In this document: positions 1 through 8,801 of the stretch, one piece after another | How positions within the stretch are numbered: the stretch's first letter is position 1 | Layout: each line of letters begins with the position of its first letter | Assembly (NCBI GenBank): GCA_043807885.1 | Contig: JAZDFN010000019.1 | Coordinates: 1-48,301, forward strand | DNA length: 48,301 bases | Direction: 5' to 3' | DNA from: a bacterium | GTDB taxonomy: Bacteria; Patescibacteriota; Patescibacteriia; UBA2591; JAZDFN01 | Position numbers and translations under genes: made by a program | Notes under the pieces: generated by a model | The model's database searches: none | Seen by the model: only the letters and a program-made list of their open reading frames with translations | What the model was told of the DNA's origin: nothing

Positions 1-1
1 C

Positions 2-592
2 GTTGCTGACCAGAACAAATACTATCCGGAAGCGCAAATAATCTCAAATTCTAAATGGCCCTATGATGGCGCAGTTGACGCCTGCGGCAATTCTTTGGAC
101 GGCAACGACGCGGTCAGCCGGGGACCGAATAAATTGGGCGGTGACAAAAAAGCCCAAGGTCAAGGCGTTGATGATTTCTTCTGGACTTTTTTCACCAATG
201 ACAAAATTGATTTGGCTCCGCCGAAAATTGATACAGTTGACCCGGCGCCAGATGCCTCTGGCATCGGCAAGGACAAAATCATCGACATCCTTTTCAGCAA
301 GCTGATGATGAAGAGCACTTTGAAGCCGGGGTGCAAATATCAAGACCAGGACGGCAAGGATATCTGCTACATTTCGCTTTTAGACGACAAGGTCGGCTAC
401 TGGATCAACGCCTATGACGAGACCGGAAAAACCCATGCCCAAATCGACCACACAGATTTTCTGGTCGGCACGGACTACAGCGTGGAAGTCACTTCCGAAG
501 TCAAGGATATTTTCCAGAACTGCTATCAACCCTGTTGCGGACCGACTGGCGGAGAAGCCACGCCCTTGCCGAGCGCCAACCAGTGCCAATGA
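2..592 (+). CDS. C-terminal part of a gene that begins upstream of the window; hypothetical extracellular Cys-containing protein
   Basis: Frame 2 has no stop from base 2 to TGA 590-592, so the 95..592 track ORF is only the tail from an internal TTG. Ends CYQPCCGPTGGE...NQCQ. No family recognised. Confidence 0.5.
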   Translation, partial: VADQNKYYPEAQIISNSKWPYDGAVDACGNSLDGNDAVSRGPNKLGGDKKAQGQGVDDFFWTFFTNDKIDLAPPKIDTVDPAPDASGIGKDKIIDILFSKLMMKSTLKPGCKYQDQDGKDICYISLLDDKVGYWINAYDETGKTHAQIDHTDFLVGTDYSVEVTSEVKDIFQNCYQPCCGPTGGEATPLPSANQCQ

Positions 593-644
593 TTTATTAA
601 TTATCCTAGATTCCCGCTCCCCGATCGGAGTCGAGGACAAGTTT

Positions 645-680
645 CGCCTGCCTTGCCTGATAGCGGTCAAGGCGGGCGGG
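645..680. repeat. GC-rich imperfect hairpin directly 5' of the giant ORF; copy of a GC-rich element also present at the tRNA-Pro locus
   Basis: CGCCTGCCTTG (645-655) pairs with CAAGGCGGGCG (668-678, one G-U). GTCAAGGCGGGCGGG (666-680) is the exact reverse complement of CCCGCCCGCCTTGAC at 39289-39303. Confidence 0.6.
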
Positions 681-681
681 A

Positions 682-3600
682 ATGACAGATTTAATGGCAA
701 ATAAAAATAAAAAACTTTTTTTCGTCTGGCTGCCAATGATTTTGGCCGGGTTTGTTTTTTCCGCCCTGCCGGCTTGGGGCGCGGATTTTGGTTTGAGCCA
801 AATTGGCAATGCCATTGGTCTGGGGGGCGATGACCCGCGGGTGATGATCGCCCGCATCATCAACATCGCTTTGGGGTTTCTGGGCGTCATTGCTTTGGGG
901 TTTGTCCTTTATGCCGGCTTCCTTTGGCTGACTTCGGCCGGCGACGAGGAGAAGATAAACAAGGCCAAGAAAATTTTGATCAGCGCGGTCGTTGGCTTGG
1001 CCATCATTCTTTCCGCTTGGGGCATCACTTTGTTTGTTTTGCAAAAATTGGGCGCGGTCACCGGCGTTAACATCAACGGGGGCGGCGACGACAATGGCGA
1101 CGGCAACGGACCGCCGGCCAGCGCTTTGTTGGTCAAGAGTATTACGCCCCAAGGCGAAGTCCAGATTTGCAATCCGGTGGCGAGGATAAAGTTCAACAAG
1201 AGCATTGATCCCAATACGGTTGAAGGCAATATCATCATCAGCGCCAACAGCTCCGCCGGCTGGCGGACGATTGCCGGCACTTTGAAAATTGACGGCGCTT
1301 GGGTGGAGTTTAGGCCGAACAGCGATTGCCCGGCGCCTTATGGCGACAAGAAATGCTGGCAGTTCAATGATGACCCGACGACGGAATATTCAATCAATGT
1401 TTCTAACGGCGTTAAAGCCGCCGATGGCAGTTCTCTCTGGTGCGGTATCGGCTATGAATGCAATGGCAGTTTCACGATTTTGCAGGGCTGTTTTGTCGAC
1501 GCCAGCAGTCCGATTGTCCGAATGACCTATCCTTTTAACGGCCAGCCGATTTGCAGCGATGGCACCGCTGTCAAAGCCTTAGCTAAAGACGATACAGGCA
1601 TTGGCCGGGTGGATTTTTATGTGGACAATAATTATTTGGACGGCGACGCGCCAAGCGAAGCCAATTCAGAATCTTTTGAAGCCGAGGTTTGGTGGGAAAC
1701 CGGCGGATTGGCCATTGGTTCCAGCCACAAGCTGAAGGCCCAAGCTTTTGATTTGGATGACAATAACGCCTGGTCGAAAGAAACGTCGGTTAAGATTTTT
1801 CCGGCCCATTGCTGCAATGGTGTCCAAGACAGCGGCGAAACCGGAATTGATTGCGGCGGCGAATGCCTGGCTTGCACAGGCGATGATTGCGACAGCGGCG
1901 ATGATAATTTGGATACTTGCGTCCAGCCCGATCATCAGCAATGTATCTCCCAGTATTGCCGGGCGGACAATTGTTCCTGCTTGGCCCTGCCTTTGATTAC
2001 AGATGTCAATCCGATGGATGGCGCTTTCGGCAACTTGATTACGATTTGGGGCCAGGATTTTGGCCAAGAAGCGGGCAAAGTAATATTTTTAGGCGGAGAC
2101 GAAAATGAAAATTGTCTGGGTCTGGCGCCGAAGTCGGTTAACAGCGCTTGTACTGATTATTGGCAAAATGACCAAATTATCATCGTGGTACCCAGTTGCG
2201 GCCAGACCGGACCGATAAAGGTAGTGACGAATGTCGGCTTGTATGACCGGACTGATGATTGGCGCGGGCCGGATTTGGGCGATTTTGAAATCAATGATAT
2301 TGTCCGGCCGGGCCTTTGCTTGTTGGATCCCAGCCAAGGCCGTTTTAATGATGCCATTACTTTGCAAGGCATTAATTTTGGCGCCCAAGCCAAGCAGGTT
2401 TGGTTCGGCAATCCCTTGGGCAAAAACAAAATTAAAGCCCAGGCAATCAATAATTGGTCTAACCAGACCATTACGGCAGTCGTGCCCAATTTGAAATCCG
2501 GCAAAGTGCCGGTCTACGCGGAAGCTTTTAGCGGGCAATTCAGCAATGGCGTTAATTTTAAAGTCAGCTCAACCGACGCTGGTCAGAAAACACCCTGTGA
2601 CAGCAACCCGGGCACCAGCCAGTGCGATGCTGATAGCGACTTGTGTCCGGCTGGCGAATTTTGTGATTCAAATACTTGTTTGTGCGCAGTCGGCGATGGC
2701 AATGACGGGAATCCGCCAGCCGGCGGAGAATATTGCGACGCTGATGCCAATAATCCTGGCTGCCAAACCGATGTTAATTTATGTTCAACGGCCAAGCCCT
2801 TCTGCGACCAATTGTCCTGCGAGTGCCAGCCCTATCAGGACTGCAGTTATGTTTGGTCTTTTACTACGGCCGAAAGGACGCTTTGCGACAGTGATTCGGC
2901 CAACCCCGGCTGTCAGGCGGACCGCAACCTTTGCGCCGAAGGCGAAGAATGCCGGGAAGATTGTTTTTGCTATGCCGAAGAAACCCCGCCGACTCCGCCC
3001 GACGGCGAAGTCGAATACTGCGACAGCGACGCCCAAAATCCGGGTTGCCAAGCCGACGCGGATATGTGTTCGGCGGAACAGCCTTTCTGCGACCAATTGT
3101 CTTGTGAGTGCCAGCCCTATCAGAGTTGTAAATATGTCTGGACTTTCAAAACCGGCAGTCCTTTCGTCATTGAAGAATGCGTTGATTACAACAAAGAAGG
3201 CGCGCCTTCGCCCAGCCCCACGCCTTGGAGCAAAGTGAGCAGTAATGTTTGCATTAATGTTCTGGTTTCCGCCCGCTTCAGTGAGCCGGTGGATGAACAG
3301 TCGGTAAAGAACAACGTCAAAGTCCAGATTGACTGTTCCGGCGCCAAATCAGAAGCCGATTGTCCGGCTGAAGGCGATGGTTGTTATTGGGCCAACAGCC
3401 AGTGCGTTTCCCAGCCGTTGGCCGGCTATGTCCATGTCTATGAATGGGATACGGACAACCATTACGGCGCTTTTAAGTTCTACAAAGGAGTTATTAATTC
3501 TAGCGACCGGAGCGAAAATTATTTGCCTAACACTAAATACCAAGTCACTTTGATTGGCGGGCCCAATGGCATCAAAACCAAGGCCGGCGTGCCTTTGATT

Positions 3601-6600
3601 GACGACTATATCTGGTCATTTCAAACTCGGGATTCCAACCAGCTTTGCAAGTTGGACAAAGTGAAAGTGGTGCCGTTTAATGCCAAACTGGTCATCAAGG
3701 ACGCTTTGCAGAATTATTTAGGTGAAACCTACACCAAAGAAGATTCTTGCTTACTGCTTAATTCTGACAGCTATGATTGGGATTGGTGGTCGGAAGACGC
3801 AAGCAAAGGTAAGATTGACGATCAGGATAGCGATCCGAAAAACAGCAAGAACAATGTTCGGGCGGTTGGCGAATCTCCTTCGCCGATCAAGATCTATGCC
3901 CGCATTGAGTCGGAGAAAAAAGAAGGCTATGGCAATTTGATTATTGAGTTTGCCAATTTCGTGCTTTTGAAGCATTGGCCTTGCGGAGACGCCAATGGTC
4001 AGAACGTTTGTCCTAATGCTTTGATCGGCGCTGAATTCAACCGCCAAGTTGACCGGAAATCTTTCGGCGTCAATGAAAGCGACGGGTCGGTTAGTGGCGA
4101 CAGCATCCAAATTTATTCTTGCGACAAAGGGTCTGACTGCAACTTGAACATCTTGCCTTTCAGTAAAGGCAGTAATTGGGATAGAGAACAAAACTTGCGC
4201 GCTGATTTCTTTTTTGACGCCGGCACGGGCAATGAAGAAATCAATGTTTCCACGACGCCGTCGCTTTTGAAGATCGGCAATTATTACCGCATTATTTTCA
4301 AAGATAACAGCCAAGGCATCAAAAATTATTTGGGTGAAGAACTGGACAATCCCAACTATGACAGCGCTCGGGGCGAAGAGTGCGAAGGGGAGAGCGCTAT
4401 TTGCAAAAATTGTCTGAACCAAGGTTTGACTGTCGCTTGTTCGGAAACAACCAAAACCAATTGTTGCGGGGACAAGATCAAGGAGCCGGGCGAAGATTGC
4501 GACGATGGCAACAACTATCCGGGCGACGGCTGTTCCAATGTTTGTTTGAACGAAGGCTCTAATTTCAAAAATCAATGCGGCAATGGCAATGACCAGGATT
4601 TGGGCGAAGATCCGGGTTGCGACACGGCCAATGGTATTTTCTCGGGTTGCAACGATCATTGCGTTTTCAAGGGCTCTTTTGCTCCGGCGATTTGCGGGGA
4701 CGGCGTTGTTGACAAAGCTCATGGCGAAGAATGCGACCAGAAAGGCCAAGCCACTAATGGCGACGGCTGTTCTGGCAAGTGCTTGTTCGAGGGTATTATC
4801 AAAAATGAAGAAGGAGAAGAAGATCCAACCAAATCAACCAAAGAATGCGAACCCAACACCCAAGGCTGTGATGCCAAGGGCGTGCATCTGGGCACTTTGC
4901 CCAAGGTAACCTGCGGGAACGGCAAGATTGAAATTGGCGAAGATTGCGATGATGGTAATACGATTAAAGGCGACGGTTGTTCTGATTTCTGTCTGAATGA
5001 AGGTTCAAACAAGTTCTGGGGCAGTACTTGTGGCAACAAGGTCGTGGAAGGCCCGGAACTGGACAGTTATTCCTGGTATTTCAGGGTCAAAGAAACTCCC
5101 GGTCTCTGCCAATTGTCTAGCGTTGATGTCAAACCGGAGAAAATGACCGCTGAAGTCAATGAAACAATCAATTATCAGGCCGACGCTTATGGCGAAACTG
5201 ATGTTTGCGAGCCCAAAGGCCAGAAATTAAGGCCGGAAGATTATCTTTGGAATTGGTGGTCGGGCGACGCGAAAAAAGCGGTTGTTAATCCTTCAAGCAA
5301 TAATCAAACTGCGGTAATGACCATCGCGGAAACGGGCGATACTCCGGTTAAAGTTTTTGCTTCAGTTAAAGATAAATCCGGCGATAACGCCAAAAATGAT
5401 TTCGGCGAATTGTCCATTGTCGGCCAAGGCATCAAAGGCGGGGAATTGTGCGAGGCAAAAAAACCGAATTATCAATATAATCCCGATGCTCCGGCTGTTT
5501 GCCCGGTGGAAGTGCCGGATTGCGGTCCGGTTGAGATTTATCAGTGTTTGGTCGGTGATACTACCGGTGATGTTTGCAAAACTTATGATGATTGCCCTCG
5601 TTGTTGCTGTGAACCCAAGAAAAAATACAAGAACTTGACTTGTGAGCCAGACCAGGATGAATGCACTGGCTCAACCCGGGGCCTTTATTGCGGTTGCCAA
5701 AAAGACCTTGATTGCACCGAGGTTTATGGCGATAAATACGGCTGCGGATTTAGCGACCCGGCCAAATGCTGCCATCCTCGGCCGTGGATTACTGATTGCG
5801 ACCCGACTTTGGAGTTTACCGGCGTTCAATCGAGCGAAGATACTTGGTGCAAGAGCGGCAATAATAATTTCTGCCCCAATGGCTTAATCAAGGTTTATTT
5901 CGACCAAGTAATCAAACCCGAATCACTGGCCAACAATAATTTTGCAGTGGTTACTCGGTTAATCACCAAAGACGACGGAGAGTGTCCTAAAGGGACGATT
6001 CCGACCGGCCAGATTGATTTAGCTTTTAATAATTCTGAAGAAAATGGTTTTTTTAGCCGGGCTTTGGGCGCCCTGAATGATGGTTTGAATAAATTGTTTG
6101 GTCGTGAGGCCAAAGCGGAAATGGTTGAATTTTGCCAAGTAACCGGCGATATTTACGCTTATCAGTTGTCGGCCAAAGATGAAACAACCGAAGAAGTTAA
6201 ATATTTTACGGAAGCGATTTTCAGCCCTGATGAGAATTTGGAGTTCAGTCGGGTTTATTATGCTTTGGTGGCCGGTGATGATTTAGGAACAGGCGATGAG
6301 GGCGAGGGCGTGGTCAGCATTAAGGGTGTGGGTATGGATTTAAAAGAATCATCCAATGGCGGATGGGTGCCGGCCGGTCAAAAATCAGGCAACAACTTTT
6401 TTTGGTCATTCACGACCAAGGCCGATTTTTGTCCGATTGATCGCGTCAATGTTTACATTAACGGTAATGAAAAGCCGGCGATTTCCGATTTGTTCAATTG
6501 CACCAAGGATGATTGCCCCGACGACTTTAGCCAAAGCAAAACCGGCAACCAGCATCATTACTATGCCGAAGCGTTAGACAAGGACGGCCAAGAAATTAAA

Positions 6601-7995
6601 GCTGATTTTAAGTGGCAGGAGATTGATGCCGGTGGAGCGATTGAGGTAGGGGAGGTAGATACTGACCAACCCGACCAGAAAATAAGATATATTACGGCCA
6701 ATCCCAAAGAAGACGCCCAGGCCTATCTGGATGTTATTGCCAGCGAGGACTTTGCCAACAGCACGGCCAACCAGCTGATTGACGTCCGGGTTTTTGACTG
6801 CGCCAATCCTTGGCCGGCTTTGCCGGATGATATTTATTCTTGGCAGCCGTGGCAGGACGATGTTACCAATTTTCAATTTTATTACTGCCGCGACCGAGGC
6901 GCGATTGGCACAAGTGATGATTTACCGGCCTTGGCTAATCCGCCAGTCATTGTCAATGGTACGGGTGAAATCTTAAAAGAATTTCTTTTTGCTGTTTTAG
7001 ATAGCGACGTGGTTGGTTTCCGAGTTTTGAAAAATGCCGGCAAAAACCAAAAAATTTGTTCCAATGATTGCCAAAAGAGCTGCCTTGACGATACTGAGTG
7101 CAGTGGCGGTTATTGCCTCCGGCAATTTGCTCATTTATCACCTGGACTTTGGTATACTTTCCCTTGCAATGTGCCGGACCCGGGCAGTCCCCAGTCATTG
7201 GAAGTTGACGGCTACAAAGCCGTGCGCGATGGCCGGACAACTTATGCTTCCGCGGCCAATTCCACGCCCGCTGAAATTTTCACCAATATCTATCTGGTTT
7301 CTTACAATGAAGGCGCCAAGGCCGATACCCAAACCATCTACAACCAGATTCTTGGCCATTGGCATTTTAATACCAATTTGGATGATTATCGCGCCTGCCG
7401 GGATGCTGACGGCGAATTGTTGACTTTCGTGCCTTGCGATAATGATTTGGTTTGCCAACCATTGGGTTATTGCGACGCTCGGAAAACCAAAATTACCCGC
7501 GATACCATCCGCTTGGGCGATTTGAATGATCTGGCGCATCTTTTGGAGGCCTATTACAAAAAGAAAGAAGCCAAAGAAGGCCAGGGCGATTATCCGGCCT
7601 TGGCTGGCGGCAGTTATATTAAGGGCTTGTCCACCAGCAAATGGCCGATTTCTTGGGGTTTAACTTTGAAAGGCGAATTAGGCAAGGATTTGCCTCTTGA
7701 CCCGCTTAATCTTTTTGGCGCGGATTGCTCGTTAAAAGACGGTTATGAGGCCTCAACTTGCTGGAATGAAACCAAAAAAGATTTTTATTTGTCGCCTTAT
7801 TCCGATATTTATATTTATAAATATTTTCCCCTGACAACATCAGCGCCGGTGAATTACCATCTCTGTGCGGAATTGGAGTTTAGAGGAGATGGTTTTGGCT
7901 TGCATAATATGGCTGACCAGTGGTTCGGCTTGCCCGATTCCGCGGTTTGGGACTATAAACAGCTTAAATTCGGCCTTAGCCAATGCTATCCTTAA
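682..7995 (+). CDS. Giant (2437 aa) Cys-rich cell-surface protein with N-terminal TrbC/VirB2-like (T4SS_pilin-type) membrane head, Ig-like/IPT-TIG-like domains and Cys-rich repeats
   Basis: Uninterrupted 7.3 kb ORF. The N-terminus has a signal-like segment plus two hydrophobic helices around LYAGFLWLTSAGDEEKINKAKK. IPT/TIG-like segments: ITDVNPMDGAFGNLITIWGQDFG and LLDPSQGRFNDAITLQGINFG. Also CCNGVQDSGETGIDCGGEC, CDxDxxNPGCQxD modules and CGxGxxExGExCDDGNxxxGDGCSxxC repeats. Alternative start ATG 694 (MANKNKK). Confidence 0.85.
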   Translation: MTDLMANKNKKLFFVWLPMILAGFVFSALPAWGADFGLSQIGNAIGLGGDDPRVMIARIINIALGFLGVIALGFVLYAGFLWLTSAGDEEKINKAKKILISAVVGLAIILSAWGITLFVLQKLGAVTGVNINGGGDDNGDGNGPPASALLVKSITPQGEVQICNPVARIKFNKSIDPNTVEGNIIISANSSAGWRTIAGTLKIDGAWVEFRPNSDCPAPYGDKKCWQFNDDPTTEYSINVSNGVKAADGSSLWCGIGYECNGSFTILQGCFVDASSPIVRMTYPFNGQPICSDGTAVKALAKDDTGIGRVDFYVDNNYLDGDAPSEANSESFEAEVWWETGGLAIGSSHKLKAQAFDLDDNNAWSKETSVKIFPAHCCNGVQDSGETGIDCGGECLACTGDDCDSGDDNLDTCVQPDHQQCISQYCRADNCSCLALPLITDVNPMDGAFGNLITIWGQDFGQEAGKVIFLGGDENENCLGLAPKSVNSACTDYWQNDQIIIVVPSCGQTGPIKVVTNVGLYDRTDDWRGPDLGDFEINDIVRPGLCLLDPSQGRFNDAITLQGINFGAQAKQVWFGNPLGKNKIKAQAINNWSNQTITAVVPNLKSGKVPVYAEAFSGQFSNGVNFKVSSTDAGQKTPCDSNPGTSQCDADSDLCPAGEFCDSNTCLCAVGDGNDGNPPAGGEYCDADANNPGCQTDVNLCSTAKPFCDQLSCECQPYQDCSYVWSFTTAERTLCDSDSANPGCQADRNLCAEGEECREDCFCYAEETPPTPPDGEVEYCDSDAQNPGCQADADMCSAEQPFCDQLSCECQPYQSCKYVWTFKTGSPFVIEECVDYNKEGAPSPSPTPWSKVSSNVCINVLVSARFSEPVDEQSVKNNVKVQIDCSGAKSEADCPAEGDGCYWANSQCVSQPLAGYVHVYEWDTDNHYGAFKFYKGVINSSDRSENYLPNTKYQVTLIGGPNGIKTKAGVPLIDDYIWSFQTRDSNQLCKLDKVKVVPFNAKLVIKDALQNYLGETYTKEDSCLLLNSDSYDWDWWSEDASKGKIDDQDSDPKNSKNNVRAVGESPSPIKIYARIESEKKEGYGNLIIEFANFVLLKHWPCGDANGQNVCPNALIGAEFNRQVDRKSFGVNESDGSVSGDSIQIYSCDKGSDCNLNILPFSKGSNWDREQNLRADFFFDAGTGNEEINVSTTPSLLKIGNYYRIIFKDNSQGIKNYLGEELDNPNYDSARGEECEGESAICKNCLNQGLTVACSETTKTNCCGDKIKEPGEDCDDGNNYPGDGCSNVCLNEGSNFKNQCGNGNDQDLGEDPGCDTANGIFSGCNDHCVFKGSFAPAICGDGVVDKAHGEECDQKGQATNGDGCSGKCLFEGIIKNEEGEEDPTKSTKECEPNTQGCDAKGVHLGTLPKVTCGNGKIEIGEDCDDGNTIKGDGCSDFCLNEGSNKFWGSTCGNKVVEGPELDSYSWYFRVKETPGLCQLSSVDVKPEKMTAEVNETINYQADAYGETDVCEPKGQKLRPEDYLWNWWSGDAKKAVVNPSSNNQTAVMTIAETGDTPVKVFASVKDKSGDNAKNDFGELSIVGQGIKGGELCEAKKPNYQYNPDAPAVCPVEVPDCGPVEIYQCLVGDTTGDVCKTYDDCPRCCCEPKKKYKNLTCEPDQDECTGSTRGLYCGCQKDLDCTEVYGDKYGCGFSDPAKCCHPRPWITDCDPTLEFTGVQSSEDTWCKSGNNNFCPNGLIKVYFDQVIKPESLANNNFAVVTRLITKDDGECPKGTIPTGQIDLAFNNSEENGFFSRALGALNDGLNKLFGREAKAEMVEFCQVTGDIYAYQLSAKDETTEEVKYFTEAIFSPDENLEFSRVYYALVAGDDLGTGDEGEGVVSIKGVGMDLKESSNGGWVPAGQKSGNNFFWSFTTKADFCPIDRVNVYINGNEKPAISDLFNCTKDDCPDDFSQSKTGNQHHYYAEALDKDGQEIKADFKWQEIDAGGAIEVGEVDTDQPDQKIRYITANPKEDAQAYLDVIASEDFANSTANQLIDVRVFDCANPWPALPDDIYSWQPWQDDVTNFQFYYCRDRGAIGTSDDLPALANPPVIVNGTGEILKEFLFAVLDSDVVGFRVLKNAGKNQKICSNDCQKSCLDDTECSGGYCLRQFAHLSPGLWYTFPCNVPDPGSPQSLEVDGYKAVRDGRTTYASAANSTPAEIFTNIYLVSYNEGAKADTQTIYNQILGHWHFNTNLDDYRACRDADGELLTFVPCDNDLVCQPLGYCDARKTKITRDTIRLGDLNDLAHLLEAYYKKKEAKEGQGDYPALAGGSYIKGLSTSKWPISWGLTLKGELGKDLPLDPLNLFGADCSLKDGYEASTCWNETKKDFYLSPYSDIYIYKYFPLTTSAPVNYHLCAELEFRGDGFGLHNMADQWFGLPDSAVWDYKQLKFGLSQCYP
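2593..3153 (+). repeat. Four tandem Cys-knot-like coding modules inside the giant ORF (two are close copies)
   Basis: EYCDADANNPGCQTDVNLCSTAKPFCDQLSCECQPYQDCSYVWSFTT (2728-2868) versus EYCDSDAQNPGCQADADMCSAEQPFCDQLSCECQPYQSCKYVWTFKT (3013-3153). More diverged modules PCDSNPGTSQCDADSDLCPAGEFC and LCDSDSANPGCQADRNLCAEGEEC. Confidence 0.8.
4462..5004 (+). repeat. Cys-rich CGxG...DCDDGN..GDGCS..C repeats (myxococcal cysteine-rich repeat / DUF4215-like) inside the giant ORF
   Basis: CCGDKIKEPGEDCDDGNNYPGDGCSNVCLNEG; CGDGVVDKAHGEECDQKGQATNGDGCSGKCLFEG; CGNGKIEIGEDCDDGNTIKGDGCSDFCLNEG; one degenerate copy CGNGNDQDLGEDPGCD... Confidence 0.7.
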
Positions 7996-8003
7996 TAGCG
8001 GTA

Positions 8004-8033
8004 TTGGCCAAGTTTGATTATTTGAGGTATAAT
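8004..8033 (+). promoter_or_regulatory. Candidate sigma70-type promoter for the 8070 gene
   Basis: TTGGCC (8004-8009), 18-nt spacer, TATAAT (8028-8033), about 37 nt upstream of ATG 8070. Confidence 0.35.
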
Positions 8034-8069
8034 ATAAAAGTAAGTTAATAATTAATAAAAATCAAAATT

Positions 8070-8792
8070 ATGTTTGACCAACCTAACCCCATGGCGCCTA
8101 AAGAACCAACCTTGCCGCCTGATAATCCAGGATTGGTAGAGGATATTTTTGATTCTTTTGAGCCAGTCGGCGCTGGCGCGCCGCTCGCTGTTCCGCCGGG
8201 CGGAATTGTCGGAAACGGAATCAATCCGCCCGCTGGCGGACCGCCGGCCGGAAGTGGTTTATCTTCAAATAATTCGGGACCTTTTTCTTCAGGATCGGCG
8301 CCGAAAGCGCCTCAAACCCGGCCGGGCTTGATTGCCAACAAAAAATTCTTCATCATTGGCCTGTCAGCCGTCGTCATCGTGGTTTTGGGAGTTGGCGGTT
8401 GGCTGGCTTACGCCCGATTTTTTCAGGCCCGGCCGGAAGTAACCGTCAACCTTAATCAAGCGCCAATTAATGAGGCGGTTAACGCCAACCAGAATCTCAA
8501 TTTGGAAAACCCGGAAGCCAATTTGAATATCAATGGGCCGGAACTGGCCGGTCCAATTGATACTGACGCTGACGGCTTGACTGACGAAGAAGAAGCTCGG
8601 ATTAATACTGACCCAACTTCGGTTGATACGGACAATGATGGCTTGTTTGACCGGGAAGAGATCAAAGTTTACAAAACCGACCCCAGCGACGCGGATACGG
8701 ACGATGACGGCTATTTGGACGGCGCGGAAGCCAGGGCCGGCTATGATCCGAGAGGCCCGGGTAAATTATTCAGCGTGGAAACCGCCCAATAA
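8070..8792 (+). CDS. Membrane-anchored protein with Pro-rich N-terminus, one TM helix, Asn-rich linker and acidic thrombospondin-type-3-like Ca-binding repeats
   Basis: FFIIGLSAVVIVVLGVGGWLAY TM segment; DTDADGLTDEEE, DTDNDGLFDREE and DADTDDDGYLDGAE repeats. Confidence 0.75.
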   Translation: MFDQPNPMAPKEPTLPPDNPGLVEDIFDSFEPVGAGAPLAVPPGGIVGNGINPPAGGPPAGSGLSSNNSGPFSSGSAPKAPQTRPGLIANKKFFIIGLSAVVIVVLGVGGWLAYARFFQARPEVTVNLNQAPINEAVNANQNLNLENPEANLNINGPELAGPIDTDADGLTDEEEARINTDPTSVDTDNDGLFDREEIKVYKTDPSDADTDDDGYLDGAEARAGYDPRGPGKLFSVETAQ

Positions 8793-8801
8793 TTACGAAT
8801 T

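Noticed and set aside
691-7539. Numerous 60-330-aa ORFs on the minus strand and in other plus-strand frames inside the giant gene (for example 3751-4749 minus, 332 aa).
   Set aside because: They lie entirely within a long, domain-rich ORF and translate to low-complexity, Arg/Ala/Ile-rich nonsense with no motifs. They are typical shadow ORFs.
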